Virus record (IMG/VR): IMGVR_UViG_3300025676_000003
Location: 1-36,106 of that record
Direction: 5' to 3' (one strand)
DNA: 36,106 bases
Source of the DNA: a virus
Taxonomy: Duplodnaviria; Caudoviricetes
The notes beneath the pieces were generated by a model. It was not told where the DNA came from. It was given only the letters and a program-made list of their open reading frames with translations, and ran no database searches. How positions within the stretch are numbered: the first letter of the stretch is position 1; each line of letters begins with the position of its first letter. Of the stretch, positions 26,069 through 34,689 are shown piece by piece. Both the position numbers and the translations under genes were made by a program.

Positions 26069-27283
26069 CTACCTAATAACATACACACCTTTGCTTGCAT
26101 TAGCTAAAAAGTATTGAATACAATAACGCAGGGAATCCAATTGGTGATTCCATTTATCTATTGGTCTTGTGTTTCTTTCGTGCCAAACATAATTGTTAAG
26201 CTCCTTAATAAGCTCTGTACTATCTGGATCTATAATCAAATCAAAGTCCTGGATAAGAGCTATCCCTGTAAGTATAGACCCACTGCGTTTAATGGTTGGC
26301 TTTATGTTACAATATTCTTTTAATTCAGATATAAGTCTTGGCTCTGCTGAATCACATATGATTAAATCCTCTCCTGCATATCTTCTGTTGTTCTCTCCTA
26401 TTTCCTTTGTTGACATACCTGCTTTAGCATACATTGTCTTAACCCATATCTTTTTACTTTCTTTATGTATTGCAGCTTTTATAAGTACAGTAGGATCTAC
26501 AGAAAAACCAAAGTCTTGACCATATATAGATTCAGTACCAGTATTAAATAAACCTGTAGACCAATTACCAAAGATAACACCCTCTGCTTTATCCATCCAT
26601 CCACCAAGTATCTGGTGATTATATCTATCTGGTCTTCTGCGTCTAATGTCTTCTAGCTGTAACAGAAATGAATCTGATAAGTTTTCTTCATTATCTTTAA
26701 ATGTAGTGTGTATGTAAGTTACATTATCTACAAAATCATTAGTGCCAGGATTAACTCCTTTACCTGCAAAGAATCTTTGATATATCCAATGCTCTTTTGT
26801 TGTAGGGTTTAGTATCATCATAACCCTATTAGGTTTATTCTTTGACCTAACTGACTGATCTATCTTATCAAAGTCTTCTTCCTTGATTAGTTCCTCTGCT
26901 TCATCAAGTACCCAAGTAGTTATCCCACTAATTGACTTTAGTGCAGCAGTTTGATTCCCTGCTGATGTACGGATACCTTTAAACAGTATTGAGCTTCCAG
27001 TACTTATGTTTAAGATTTCATCTTTAGTAATACGAAAGTGTTCCATAATACCATACAGTTCTAACTTCTCTAAGAACTCTGGAATGATTGAGTTGGCTGC
27101 ACTAATCATAGTGTACCTAGTGAATAGTATCTTGTGACCCTGTTCGAACGTTAGAAAGGCTAAAAAGGTAGTTATAGCAAATGACTTACCACTTCCCCTT
27201 CCTCCTGTTATAACAAAGTATCTTGAGTCGTTACCTAATGAATTGTATTTATTATTGAGTACTGGCTTCTTCATCTGTGTCAA
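26069..27283 (-). CDS. terL: Terminase large subunit (PBSX/Terminase_3 family)
   Basis: Walker A TGGRGSGKS, Walker B WVLDEAEE, ILNP coupling motif, nuclease GQDFGFSVDP, DSAEPR and NHQLDSLRY. Confidence 0.95.
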   Translation of the reverse strand: MTQMKKPVLNNKYNSLGNDSRYFVITGGRGSGKSFAITTFLAFLTFEQGHKILFTRYTMISAANSIIPEFLEKLELYGIMEHFRITKDEILNISTGSSILFKGIRTSAGNQTAALKSISGITTWVLDEAEELIKEEDFDKIDQSVRSKNKPNRVMMILNPTTKEHWIYQRFFAGKGVNPGTNDFVDNVTYIHTTFKDNEENLSDSFLLQLEDIRRRRPDRYNHQILGGWMDKAEGVIFGNWSTGLFNTGTESIYGQDFGFSVDPTVLIKAAIHKESKKIWVKTMYAKAGMSTKEIGENNRRYAGEDLIICDSAEPRLISELKEYCNIKPTIKRSGSILTGIALIQDFDLIIDPDSTELIKELNNYVWHERNTRPIDKWNHQLDSLRYCIQYFLANASKGVYVIR

Positions 27284-27650
27284 GCTCTATAGTATTATCT
27301 TCCTCTTGTGTACCAGTAAATAGATTCTTAATATTGATGTTAACCTTTTGTTGTTTCTCTTCAGGTTTATCAAGTGGCTTACCATATTTATATTCAAAGA
27401 GTAATTTAAGATGTGGAAACGATTGTTTAGCTTGCTCGGCTAATGATTCCCAAGCTTCTTCTTCTGATCCGAATACTTTAGCCATTGCATTAAGTGCGTA
27501 GATTCCGACCCGTTTTCGTTTGGCATCGTTAAGAGCAGCAGAAGATGTGGGTCGTACAACAGGCACGTTTCTAACGCCTGGTTTGCGTCCATTGTTTCTT
27601 CGTCCATCACTATCTTTGACATATTTATATTGTTTTGGTTTCCTTCCCAT
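27252..27650 (-). CDS. Putative terminase small subunit
   Basis: Directly upstream of and overlapping terL; DGRRNNG and KLLFEYKYGKP motifs. Likely start is MGRKPK at 27650. Confidence 0.65.
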   Translation of the reverse strand: MGRKPKQYKYVKDSDGRRNNGRKPGVRNVPVVRPTSSAALNDAKRKRVGIYALNAMAKVFGSEEEAWESLAEQAKQSFPHLKLLFEYKYGKPLDKPEEKQQKVNINIKNLFTGTQEEDNTIELDTDEEASTQ

Positions 27651-27927
27651 TTTTCTCGTATAAGAACTTATATATATTCCAAATTGCATCTGACCATTCC
27701 TTGTCAGTATAAACTTTATTCCCTTTCTTTACCAGTCCTTTAAATTCAACAACAAGATTAAACTTAACGCATCTTCCTACGCAACCTGGCAATGGTTCAG
27801 GATATATTTTGTAACCTCTCTCTAAACACCATCTTGCTGCTGCTTGGTTATATAAACCTCCATAAGGAGGTAAACCCCACTTCTTATTATGTGCATCTAT
27901 CTGTTCTTTAGACCTCTTGCGTTTCAT
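27625..27927 (-). CDS. Hypothetical protein (100 aa)
   Basis: In operon; AARWCLERGYKIYP..IWNIYKFLYEK. Confidence 0.65.
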   Translation of the reverse strand: MKRKRSKEQIDAHNKKWGLPPYGGLYNQAAARWCLERGYKIYPEPLPGCVGRCVKFNLVVEFKGLVKKGNKVYTDKEWSDAIWNIYKFLYEKNGKETKTI

Positions 27928-28324
27928 TTATTAAATCATACTTTTTTTGTAACTCTTGATATTCTTCTACGAGTTGGTTATACTTAATTTTATAATAGTT
28001 TTCATTATTATATCTATTTAGATCCTCTTCACTTTCTTGAAGCAATCTGTTTCTTACTCTTGTATATGTATTTAAGACTGTGTCTTTATGTAAAGCCATT
28101 ACATCAAAAACAAGTAACCCGTGTAATACTGATGCGTGATCTCTATTAACAGATTTACCTATTGCTAATAATGTAGCGTGTGAAAACTCTCTACATAATT
28201 TAAAGTAGATAGCTCTTGCATAGACATATTCCCTTTTCCTTGTATTTCTATTTAATGAAAGTCCAAGCTCTTTTGCTACTTCAACTTTTATTTGTGATAT
28301 ACTAATATTCGATTTTTTCTCCAT
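27908..28324 (-). CDS. DnaA domain IV (Bac_DnaA_C)-like HTH protein with C-terminal coiled coil
   Basis: TRKREYVYARAIYFKLCREFSHATLLAIGKSVNRDHASVLHG aligns with DnaA R.R.IV..RQIAMYL.RE.T..SL..IG..FG.RDHTTVLHA. Confidence 0.8.
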   Translation of the reverse strand: MEKKSNISISQIKVEVAKELGLSLNRNTRKREYVYARAIYFKLCREFSHATLLAIGKSVNRDHASVLHGLLVFDVMALHKDTVLNTYTRVRNRLLQESEEDLNRYNNENYYKIKYNQLVEEYQELQKKYDLINETQEV

Positions 28325-28550
28325 TTTCTTCTAATTCAATTTTTATCTCACTGTATGTTTTTTCTTCTGCATATGACAGAGCTTGCTTAATTCCTGCACA
28401 AAGTTCGTACATTTCCTTATATTCAAACTCATACATATCTTCAACTAACTCTTCATATGTTACACCCATCAATAAGTCTCTAAGTGTTAGGTAATAACTC
28501 TTTTCAATCTTTTTTTTATATGTATCCTCTTCTAACGTATTCATTAACAT
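28302..28550 (-). CDS. Hypothetical acidic protein (start uncertain)
   Basis: Fills the gap; FEYKEMYELCAGIKQAL motif. Confidence 0.6.
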   Translation of the reverse strand: MLMNTLEEDTYKKKIEKSYYLTLRDLLMGVTYEELVEDMYEFEYKEMYELCAGIKQALSYAEEKTYSEIKIELEENGEKIEY

Positions 28551-29292
28551 TTTCAGTCTTATCGTAAAAGTACTTTCTGTAGTTATTACAAGCGACCTCA
28601 ACCTTCTTCTTCCCTCTCTCTAATGCTTCGTCACTACATTCATATATCCCAATCTCACCAGTCCCCTTATCTATAACTAAAAATGTAAACTTTTGTACAT
28701 TAAAGAGTTCCATATAAATATAAGCCTGCACGTCATAATGCCATTTATGTCTCGCTGTATATACCCAAGATCCTATATCATTTGTAGTCTTTACATCTAC
28801 GATTCTATCTGTTGTTAAATAATCTGCTTTACCTCTAAAAGGAAAATCATTTATCTCTCCTATGCCAGGAAGTTCTGCTGCACCACCACGAAGTAATTCA
28901 CTCGCTTCATAGTTAGACTCTAAACACTTTACAAGATATTTAAAGTAACTAAGCTCTTTGTTAAGCATTACTTCCATTCCTGGATTGTCTGCTTTAGCAT
29001 CCTTATACTTGTTGGTGTTTCTTGTACTTGCATCTACAAATATATATTTCTCTGGTATTTTCTCATATTCTAATACTAAAGTATGAAATAGCCTACCATC
29101 TCTTAATGCTGGTACATTGCTATTGTCTTTAGTTAAATAGCTTTTATATTTAACAGGAGATTCATATAAACTTTTTATACTACTTGAAGATAAAGCTGCT
29201 TCACCAAGATAACCATAGTAGAAACTATCGTCATCCATTCGGTCTAACAACTCTTTCTTTTCCCATTCCTTACCGTCTAATAATCTAATCAT
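28516..29292 (-). CDS. PD-(D/E)XK exonuclease (DUF3799/RecE-like)
   Basis: LSSSSIK, GRLFHTLVLE, RGKADYL..IVDVKTT, YDVQAYIY motifs. Confidence 0.85.
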   Translation of the reverse strand: MIRLLDGKEWEKKELLDRMDDDSFYYGYLGEAALSSSSIKSLYESPVKYKSYLTKDNSNVPALRDGRLFHTLVLEYEKIPEKYIFVDASTRNTNKYKDAKADNPGMEVMLNKELSYFKYLVKCLESNYEASELLRGGAAELPGIGEINDFPFRGKADYLTTDRIVDVKTTNDIGSWVYTARHKWHYDVQAYIYMELFNVQKFTFLVIDKGTGEIGIYECSDEALERGKKKVEVACNNYRKYFYDKTENVNEYVRRGYI

Positions 29293-29794
29293 ATATTTTT
29301 ATTCCTTTTTTATTATTCTCGTTTATAGTTAGTGGTTTTATATTTGTAAAATAATTTAACTTTACAAACTGTTCTTCATTTTCAGAATAAAATAAAGACA
29401 CATTATGATCTGCACACCAATAAGTACCATAATTATTCCAGCTCATTTTTTCAGTAAATTTAGATTCAATATATTTATAAAAATCTTCTCTTGACAAACC
29501 AATCATCTCTTGCGTTGTTAAATCAATAACATAACCTCTTTTCCTTCTAAACTCACCAATTCTATCTTCAAAGTTTTTCCAAAATCTCCACTTGTGATCT
29601 AAAGACCTTCTTTTAGCTTTATAGTTAGATCTCTTTTTAATTTGATCTTCTCTGTTTTCTTTATAAAAACTATTCATATATTTCTTTTTACATTCTTTAC
29701 ATTCATTCCTATACCCATCAGCAGAATCTTTTCTAACAGGAAATAAACTAATATTAAGAACTCTATAACATTTTTTACATTGCTTTGTTTTCAT
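29285..29794 (-). CDS. Free-standing HNH/endonuclease VII-like homing endonuclease with CxxC zinc-finger N-terminus
   Basis: KQCKKC..F..DGY..ECKEC; YIESKFTEKMSWNNYG.W..DH..NYFTNIKPL..ENNKKG. Confidence 0.75.
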   Translation of the reverse strand: MKTKQCKKCYRVLNISLFPVRKDSADGYRNECKECKKKYMNSFYKENREDQIKKRSNYKAKRRSLDHKWRFWKNFEDRIGEFRRKRGYVIDLTTQEMIGLSREDFYKYIESKFTEKMSWNNYGTYWCADHNVSLFYSENEEQFVKLNYFTNIKPLTINENNKKGIKIYD

Positions 29795-29798
29795 AATG

Positions 29799-29830
29799 CT
29801 AATATAATAAACATTTAATTAACAAACAAA
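29799..29830 (-). promoter_or_regulatory. Host-type promoter TTTG-N20-TATATTAG directly before the HNH gene
   Basis: Occupies almost the whole intergenic gap. Confidence 0.5.
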
Positions 29831-29831
29831 C

Positions 29832-30125
29832 TTATTTACTATTTTCTATATAATCCTCTAATGCAGCTAAAGCTCTCCAAGCTACTTTTCCTAGATGAAG
29901 TAATCCATCATCATCTATTTTATCAGCATCTATTAGATGTCTTGTCAGTGCATCTAAATGATCTTTACTTTTACCTTTATCCCAATGAAGTGGTTTGTCA
30001 GGATGATGTTGATCGTTGCCTGCTAAACTAACTTTGCTTACATATTTAAGTGCATTAGGGAAATACTTTAATACACCTGAATAAACTGGCATATTTTTTC
30101 TTTGTGTGTGTTTATCTTTATTCAT
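29832..30125 (-). CDS. dATP/dGTP diphosphohydrolase-like protein (DUF5664)
   Basis: YFPNALKYVSKVS..GN.QH..W..DALTRHL..DDDGLLHLGKVAWRALA motif. Confidence 0.75.
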   Translation of the reverse strand: MNKDKHTQRKNMPVYSGVLKYFPNALKYVSKVSLAGNDQHHPDKPLHWDKGKSKDHLDALTRHLIDADKIDDDGLLHLGKVAWRALAALEDYIENSK

Positions 30126-30579
30126 CTATATTATCAAACATATTTAGTTGGTTTCTTATTTGTGTGTAATGTTCTTTTGGATACTCTTTTTTACTCTTAT
30201 TCTTTTCATTAAATCTTTTTTTCACGTTTTCGCTTGGCGTAACCCACTCTAAATTATCTACGTAATTATGAAGACGGTTTCCGTCTATATGATTAACTTG
30301 ACTGTACTTATTAAAGTTTTCATTTGGAATAAAAGTATGAGCAACTAGTTTATGAATTAAACATCTTATTTGACTTGAATATAAATCTTTTGTTGCAAAC
30401 TCGTTTGTTAGTCCAACTTCATAATATCCAGCAGATTTTACCTTTACAGGTTTTAATATTTTATTTCTTCTTAAAGATCTAATCTGCCCATATACATTAA
30501 CTCTATAGTTAGGAAACTTAATAGGTTCTGGATCAGACATTCTTTGGTAAACAGGAATGTACCACTCATCTTTATTCAT
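30118..30579 (-). CDS. NUMOD4-HNH homing endonuclease
   Basis: YRVNVYGQIRS..ILKP..GYYEVGL..IHKLVAHTFIPN..VNHIDGNRLHNYVDNLEWVTPSEN. Confidence 0.9.
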   Translation of the reverse strand: MNKDEWYIPVYQRMSDPEPIKFPNYRVNVYGQIRSLRRNKILKPVKVKSAGYYEVGLTNEFATKDLYSSQIRCLIHKLVAHTFIPNENFNKYSQVNHIDGNRLHNYVDNLEWVTPSENVKKRFNEKNKSKKEYPKEHYTQIRNQLNMFDNIDE

Positions 30580-30956
30580 AATATTTCAGCACCATAAACA
30601 GGTAGCATAGCTATCTCTTTGGTTATTTTATTTGTGTTAGAAAAATCTGTTGTTTTAGGTAAATACTTTTTAACCCAATAAGGATTCTGAAAGAATAAGT
30701 TCCATCTATAAACACCTTTAGGTGTTGAGTTTATATATATAGGAGCATCAAAGTTATCTGTAGCTTTGTCCCATAAAGCAAAAAACTTTGCCTTTTCGAT
30801 AACCAGCTCGTCATAATGTTTTCTTCTACATTTAAGCTCTATCCTATGTTGTCTAACAGGGCTATAACAATCCCATCTACTAATAGGATTTGTACTCATA
30901 ACTAAATCAGGATAAACCCTCTCTTTAAGATATTCAAAGAGATCTTTCTCGACCAT
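30576..30956 (-). CDS. PD-(D/E)XK-type nuclease-like protein
   Basis: E..LF...WDCYS...IELKCR; likely start MVEKDL. Confidence 0.6.
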   Translation of the reverse strand: MVEKDLFEYLKERVYPDLVMSTNPISRWDCYSPVRQHRIELKCRRKHYDELVIEKAKFFALWDKATDNFDAPIYINSTPKGVYRWNLFFQNPYWVKKYLPKTTDFSNTNKITKEIAMLPVYGAEIL

Positions 30957-31380
30957 TATATTCATCAAACAAAGATTTTAGTTTCTGTAGTTTACCAGCA
31001 AAACAACTTCCACAAGTTGTCGGTTTATCATTATAATTAAAAACTCTATTGTATATAGTCAGTATATTTTTCTGCTCTTCGCCTGTAACTTTAGTTTTGT
31101 TTGCATCATAAAAGTCAGTAAGAAATGAATGTTCTTCTAGCGTTAAACAATTAGGTTTATTATATGGAAACATTTTATTTAATGTCTCTTTTCTTTTATC
31201 ACAACCACAATCTTTTCCGAGTGCATCAAACACTCCATCAACTGCAGCCTTAATTCCTGTAGCTTTTGTAATCTTTTCTACAGTATCACCAACGCCACCA
31301 GATTGCTTTTCATATTTGGCAACCCACTGTTTATAATTCTTGGTTCTTTTATCGTTAGGTTTGGGTGGTATTTTATTCAT
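30934..31380 (-). CDS. Cys-motif hypothetical protein (DCGC..R...LN; TTCGSC) directly downstream of the sigma factor
   Basis: GVGDTVEKITKATGIK..DCGCDKRKETLN. Confidence 0.65.
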   Translation of the reverse strand: MNKIPPKPNDKRTKNYKQWVAKYEKQSGGVGDTVEKITKATGIKAAVDGVFDALGKDCGCDKRKETLNKMFPYNKPNCLTLEEHSFLTDFYDANKTKVTGEEQKNILTIYNRVFNYNDKPTTCGSCFAGKLQKLKSLFDEYNGRERSL

Positions 31381-31954
31381 CTTTATTTTTTTTAATTAAG
31401 TGAAAATCTCCATTGATGTAATCCTGGAAATCTTCAGCAAATTTTGTGTTAAGGATTTGTTTGTAGTTCTTACAGCTATTAAATATAGATGTAACACTTA
31501 TACTAGTATCTTTAGATAACCTACGCATACTAATATCAGTTTCGTAATAGACTTTAAATAGTTTTTTATCATACCACCGATCCCAACTTCCAACTTCATC
31601 CTGTATTAAATCTATTAATCTTTCTTCAGCTCTTTGCTTTTCAACTTCTGCTTTTCTTTGAGCTTCAGGTGTTGGTTCAACTATTTCAAAGGTAACATCA
31701 ATATCATCAAGTCTAACCATATGATGTCTGCTTCTTTCTTTTAAATAATCATTATATAGGTTTTTTATTGTTATATATACATAAAACTTATTTACATCTG
31801 TTTCATTATACATAATCTTTTTTGGCTCTTTAATGTATTTGTTTAATCTAAGATACATCTCCTGGACAAAGTCCTCAACTATATGTGATGGTATTCCCAT
31901 AGAAATACCCATAGAAATCCACAGTTTATGATATTTAGATAACAACTCTATCAT
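31373..31954 (-). CDS. Phage ECF-like sigma-70 family factor
   Basis: Region 2-like EDFVQEMYLRL..FYVYITIKNLYNDY and region 4 HTH ISMRRLSKDTSISVTSIFNS. Confidence 0.8.
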   Translation of the reverse strand: MIELLSKYHKLWISMGISMGIPSHIVEDFVQEMYLRLNKYIKEPKKIMYNETDVNKFYVYITIKNLYNDYLKERSRHHMVRLDDIDVTFEIVEPTPEAQRKAEVEKQRAEERLIDLIQDEVGSWDRWYDKKLFKVYYETDISMRRLSKDTSISVTSIFNSCKNYKQILNTKFAEDFQDYINGDFHLIKKNKDE

Positions 31955-32097
31955 TTAACAAAAAAGAAATGTATAAAAACAAATCCAACACAAATCCTTA
32001 ATAGATCTGCAGTTGAATCATATTCAGGTATCTCTATGTCTTCAACATAATCAATACCTACTAAAAATCCTTTAATTAATTCAAACTGTACATTCAT
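31951..32097 (-). CDS. 48-aa hypothetical protein
   Basis: MNVQFELIKGFLVGIDYVED..LLRICVGFVFIHFFFVK; ATGA overlap with the sigma gene. Confidence 0.65.
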   Translation of the reverse strand: MNVQFELIKGFLVGIDYVEDIEIPEYDSTADLLRICVGFVFIHFFFVK

Positions 32098-32100
32098 AAT

Positions 32101-32508
32101 TTAATATTCAAATTCGACTCTTATTTTATCTGACTCTCCATAAAACTTACTCATACTGTTTATCTCAACAATGTTTTGATCTTGTTCGTATACAAGACCC
32201 TCTAAGGCATCAAAGAAAGCTTTATTTAAGTTGTCCTGTAAATCAGGCTTTGTTGTCTTAAATGTCTTAACTCTTTTCTTTCTTGAGAAACTCTTAGGGT
32301 AAGCATATATATATTCTATATAATTAACTTTAATTTCTGATCCTGCTGTAATTATAGAAAATTGTTCAGGTAATTGTTCAGTTACTAATCTATCTAAATA
32401 AGCTTGATAATCTTTTACCTTTTTAGGTTTATACTTAATACCACCTCTACCAATCCTAAAGGACTGATGAGAAAGCGGTCTTATGTTTAATTCAAATTTT
32501 AATTTCAC
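32101..32508 (-). CDS. rusA: RusA-family Holliday junction resolvase
   Basis: KPDLQDNLNKAFFDALEGLVYEQDQNIVE..KFYG motif. Confidence 0.85.
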   Translation of the reverse strand: MKLKFELNIRPLSHQSFRIGRGGIKYKPKKVKDYQAYLDRLVTEQLPEQFSIITAGSEIKVNYIEYIYAYPKSFSRKKRVKTFKTTKPDLQDNLNKAFFDALEGLVYEQDQNIVEINSMSKFYGESDKIRVEFEY

Positions 32509-33329
32509 GAATGTATAAATTGGTTAATTCCGTCTGGCATTTCACATACTTGAGGCAAACCTTTCTTCACTTCAAATGAAAAAGATCCAAATGAATAACC
32601 TCTGCTTCTTTTGCAATCTACTACAACCACATCAGGATTATCAGTTGTAGGAGATACAGTTATTTGTGTCTCTGTCTTCTTTTCTAAAAATGAACCTAAA
32701 TGACCTGTAGCTTTTGAATTATAGAAATTAGAATGTATAACTGTAATGATATGTATGTTGTAATCTTGTGTCCACTTCATCAAGTAGTGTATTACTTTAT
32801 TAGATTTCTCAAGATCATTAATGTCGTTTAGTAAGTCTGCTACTCCGTCAATAATTACAAGACCTACATTTTTTGTTACCGATAAATGCCAATCAATAAA
32901 ATCTAGTCTGTCCTCTGGGCTGAATTGTCTAAGTGCATACGTATAATAATCACTAATATCTTTAGCCATTCTATGCACTCTTTTAAATGTCTTTTGTGCG
33001 TGGTAACGGCTTTGTTCTGTATCATAATGTATAAGCTTCTTATCTCCTTTAAAACCCCTTAAATCACCTACAAATACATCGTGTGATCCTAAGTAAGCAG
33101 ATGCAAGTAGTGATACTAAAAAAGTCTTTTTACTCTTTGGTCCTGCAGATATAAAACTAAAATTACCATATGTTCCCACAGGTATATTTTCTCCATTACT
33201 TAATTGTCCTTTTGATATTGCAGCAGGTGGCTCCTTTATATCCTCTTTTGCATCAACATAGCTTTCCTTTAAGATATTTTCAAACCTTATATGTTGATTT
33301 AATTTCTCTTGTGTCATTAACGTTCCCAT
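32505..33329 (-). CDS. RecA-fold AAA ATPase/helicase (AAA_25/RepA-like)
   Basis: Walker A variant AGPKSKKT, YDTEQS, Walker B VIIDGVADL, VIH..GHLGS.LEKK. Confidence 0.8.
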   Translation of the reverse strand: MGTLMTQEKLNQHIRFENILKESYVDAKEDIKEPPAAISKGQLSNGENIPVGTYGNFSFISAGPKSKKTFLVSLLASAYLGSHDVFVGDLRGFKGDKKLIHYDTEQSRYHAQKTFKRVHRMAKDISDYYTYALRQFSPEDRLDFIDWHLSVTKNVGLVIIDGVADLLNDINDLEKSNKVIHYLMKWTQDYNIHIITVIHSNFYNSKATGHLGSFLEKKTETQITVSPTTDNPDVVVVDCKRSRGYSFGSFSFEVKKGLPQVCEMPDGINQFIHS

Positions 33330-33337
33330 TATATAAT

Positions 33338-33360
33338 AAAAAAGGGAGCCGAAGCTCCCT
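33338..33360 (-). terminator. Terminator with cUUCGg tetraloop
   Basis: GGGAGC-TTCG-GCTCCC followed by T6. Confidence 0.9.
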
Positions 33361-33365
33361 GTAAC

Positions 33366-33629
33366 CTAGAATGGTAAGTCCTCTGTAGCACTGTCAGAGA
33401 CAACTTGCTCTGCTTTCTTTTCTGCTACTTTGCACTCGCCATTAGTCCATACGACTCTACCGTTTCCCATATACACTCTTGGTTTTTTAGCTTCTCTATC
33501 TTCTTTAGATTGCTCTTCCCAAATTGCTATGTTTTGTCCATACTGGTTAGTGTCATCGTTTAATCCAATAGTAAAGTTTTTGTATGTACCTTTACTATCT
33601 TTTATTCCAATTGTTCCAATTGCTGCCAT
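33366..33629 (-). CDS. Single-stranded DNA-binding protein-like
   Basis: Small beta-rich protein ending in acidic EDLPF; adjacent to ERF. Confidence 0.7.
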   Translation of the reverse strand: MAAIGTIGIKDSKGTYKNFTIGLNDDTNQYGQNIAIWEEQSKEDREAKKPRVYMGNGRVVWTNGECKVAEKKAEQVVSDSATEDLPF

Positions 33630-33640
33630 ATTATTTGTAT

Positions 33641-34195
33641 TTATGCCGTTAAGGCTTTTTCTATTTGTTTAGTTAGACGATATTTTTTTTCAATATCTGT
33701 CATCTTCCCACCATCTTTCATAAACTTAACTGCTTTAATAAAAGCAACGCTGTTTTTTTGTAAAAGTGGTTTTTGGTCAACTACGGATTGTTTTTCACCG
33801 TGAGTATTTATCGCATCAGCATCTTTAGTATCATCAATTAATAATAAATTACCGATAGCATACTTTTTAGCATAAGAAGATGCAGCTCCTGTTCTTTGTG
33901 GATCTTGCATACCTTTTGCATTGAAGTCTATAATTGCTTGTGCAGTTGATTCTATTTGCATAGTAGGATCTGTACAATCAATCATTTTAGCTGTAGACTC
34001 TATATAAGCCCTTCCAGCTATCTCTTTAAGCTCATCGCTTATCTTAAAAACAACTTTATGCTTTTTAGATATAGGCTTAACAGCCTCTAATATATCTTCT
34101 GCACTTCTATAGTTGTAGTTTCCAAAGCTATTTCTTTGGTTCTTTGGAGCTTTAAGCTCCGTCTGTATTAATAAAAGTTTATTTGTTATATTCAT
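33641..34195 (-). CDS. erf: ERF-family single-strand annealing protein
   Basis: IQTELKAPKNQRNSFGNYNYRSAEDILEAVKP..GAASSYAKKYAI.NLLLIDD.KDAD. Confidence 0.9.
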   Translation of the reverse strand: MNITNKLLLIQTELKAPKNQRNSFGNYNYRSAEDILEAVKPISKKHKVVFKISDELKEIAGRAYIESTAKMIDCTDPTMQIESTAQAIIDFNAKGMQDPQRTGAASSYAKKYAIGNLLLIDDTKDADAINTHGEKQSVVDQKPLLQKNSVAFIKAVKFMKDGGKMTDIEKKYRLTKQIEKALTA

Positions 34196-34237
34196 AATTG
34201 TTTAACTATAGTGTAAATATAAACAAAATATATTAAT

Positions 34238-34268
34238 AAAAAAAAGAGGGTTAATTAAAACCCCCTTA
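34238..34268 (-). terminator. Terminator after the endolysin gene
   Basis: AAGGGGGTT-TTAATT-AACCCTC followed by T8. Confidence 0.75.
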
Positions 34269-34295
34269 AGAAACAAAAAAACAATTAATAAAACA

Positions 34296-34655
34296 CTAAT
34301 AAAGCCAAATAGCGTGAGGTTTTTGGTCATCATTGTCAACGTGAATAAAAGTTTTAGCTATACCAAATCTTTGAAATCCAACCATAGACAAAGCCTCTAT
34401 TATTTTAAGTCTTTTATTTGTATGAGTACAATGTATATCAGCAGCTCTGCCAATTAAATGTGAACTAGCAGTGCCTCCTCCAACCTTTCTATTGTGATCT
34501 GGAGTTCTATAACCTGAATTTATTTTAAATTGTATTCCCGCAATATCTCTAGCTTCATCTAAACATTCAACAAACTCTCTATCCATATATTTATCTCCAC
34601 TACCTGGATAATCAGGAGAATCAAATTCATCATATGTAAAATGTTTTAATTCCAT
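34296..34655 (-). CDS. Endolysin, peptidase M15A (zinc peptidase)
   Basis: INSGYRT..HN..VGG..SSHL.GRAADI..FIHVD motifs. Confidence 0.9.
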   Translation of the reverse strand: MELKHFTYDEFDSPDYPGSGDKYMDREFVECLDEARDIAGIQFKINSGYRTPDHNRKVGGGTASSHLIGRAADIHCTHTNKRLKIIEALSMVGFQRFGIAKTFIHVDNDDQKPHAIWLY

Positions 34656-34656
34656 A

Positions 34657-34687
34657 TTGTAAAATTATAAAATATTTTTTACATTTG
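34657..34687 (+). promoter_or_regulatory. Plus-strand host-type promoter TTG-N20-TACATTTG
   Basis: Exact TAnnTTTG -7 element with correctly spaced TTG; no plus-strand ORF follows. Confidence 0.6.
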
Positions 34688-34689
34688 CA

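Noticed and set aside
29832-30125. Z-base (2-aminoadenine) genome
   Set aside because: No purZ, datZ or dedicated polymerase in this apparently complete genome.
303-33672. Plus-strand ORFs in the track (e.g. 3887, 8007, 12106, 19413, 26193, 33430) and nested minus ORF 27440-27622
   Set aside because: They are antisense or alternate-frame shadows of well-supported genes, without motifs.
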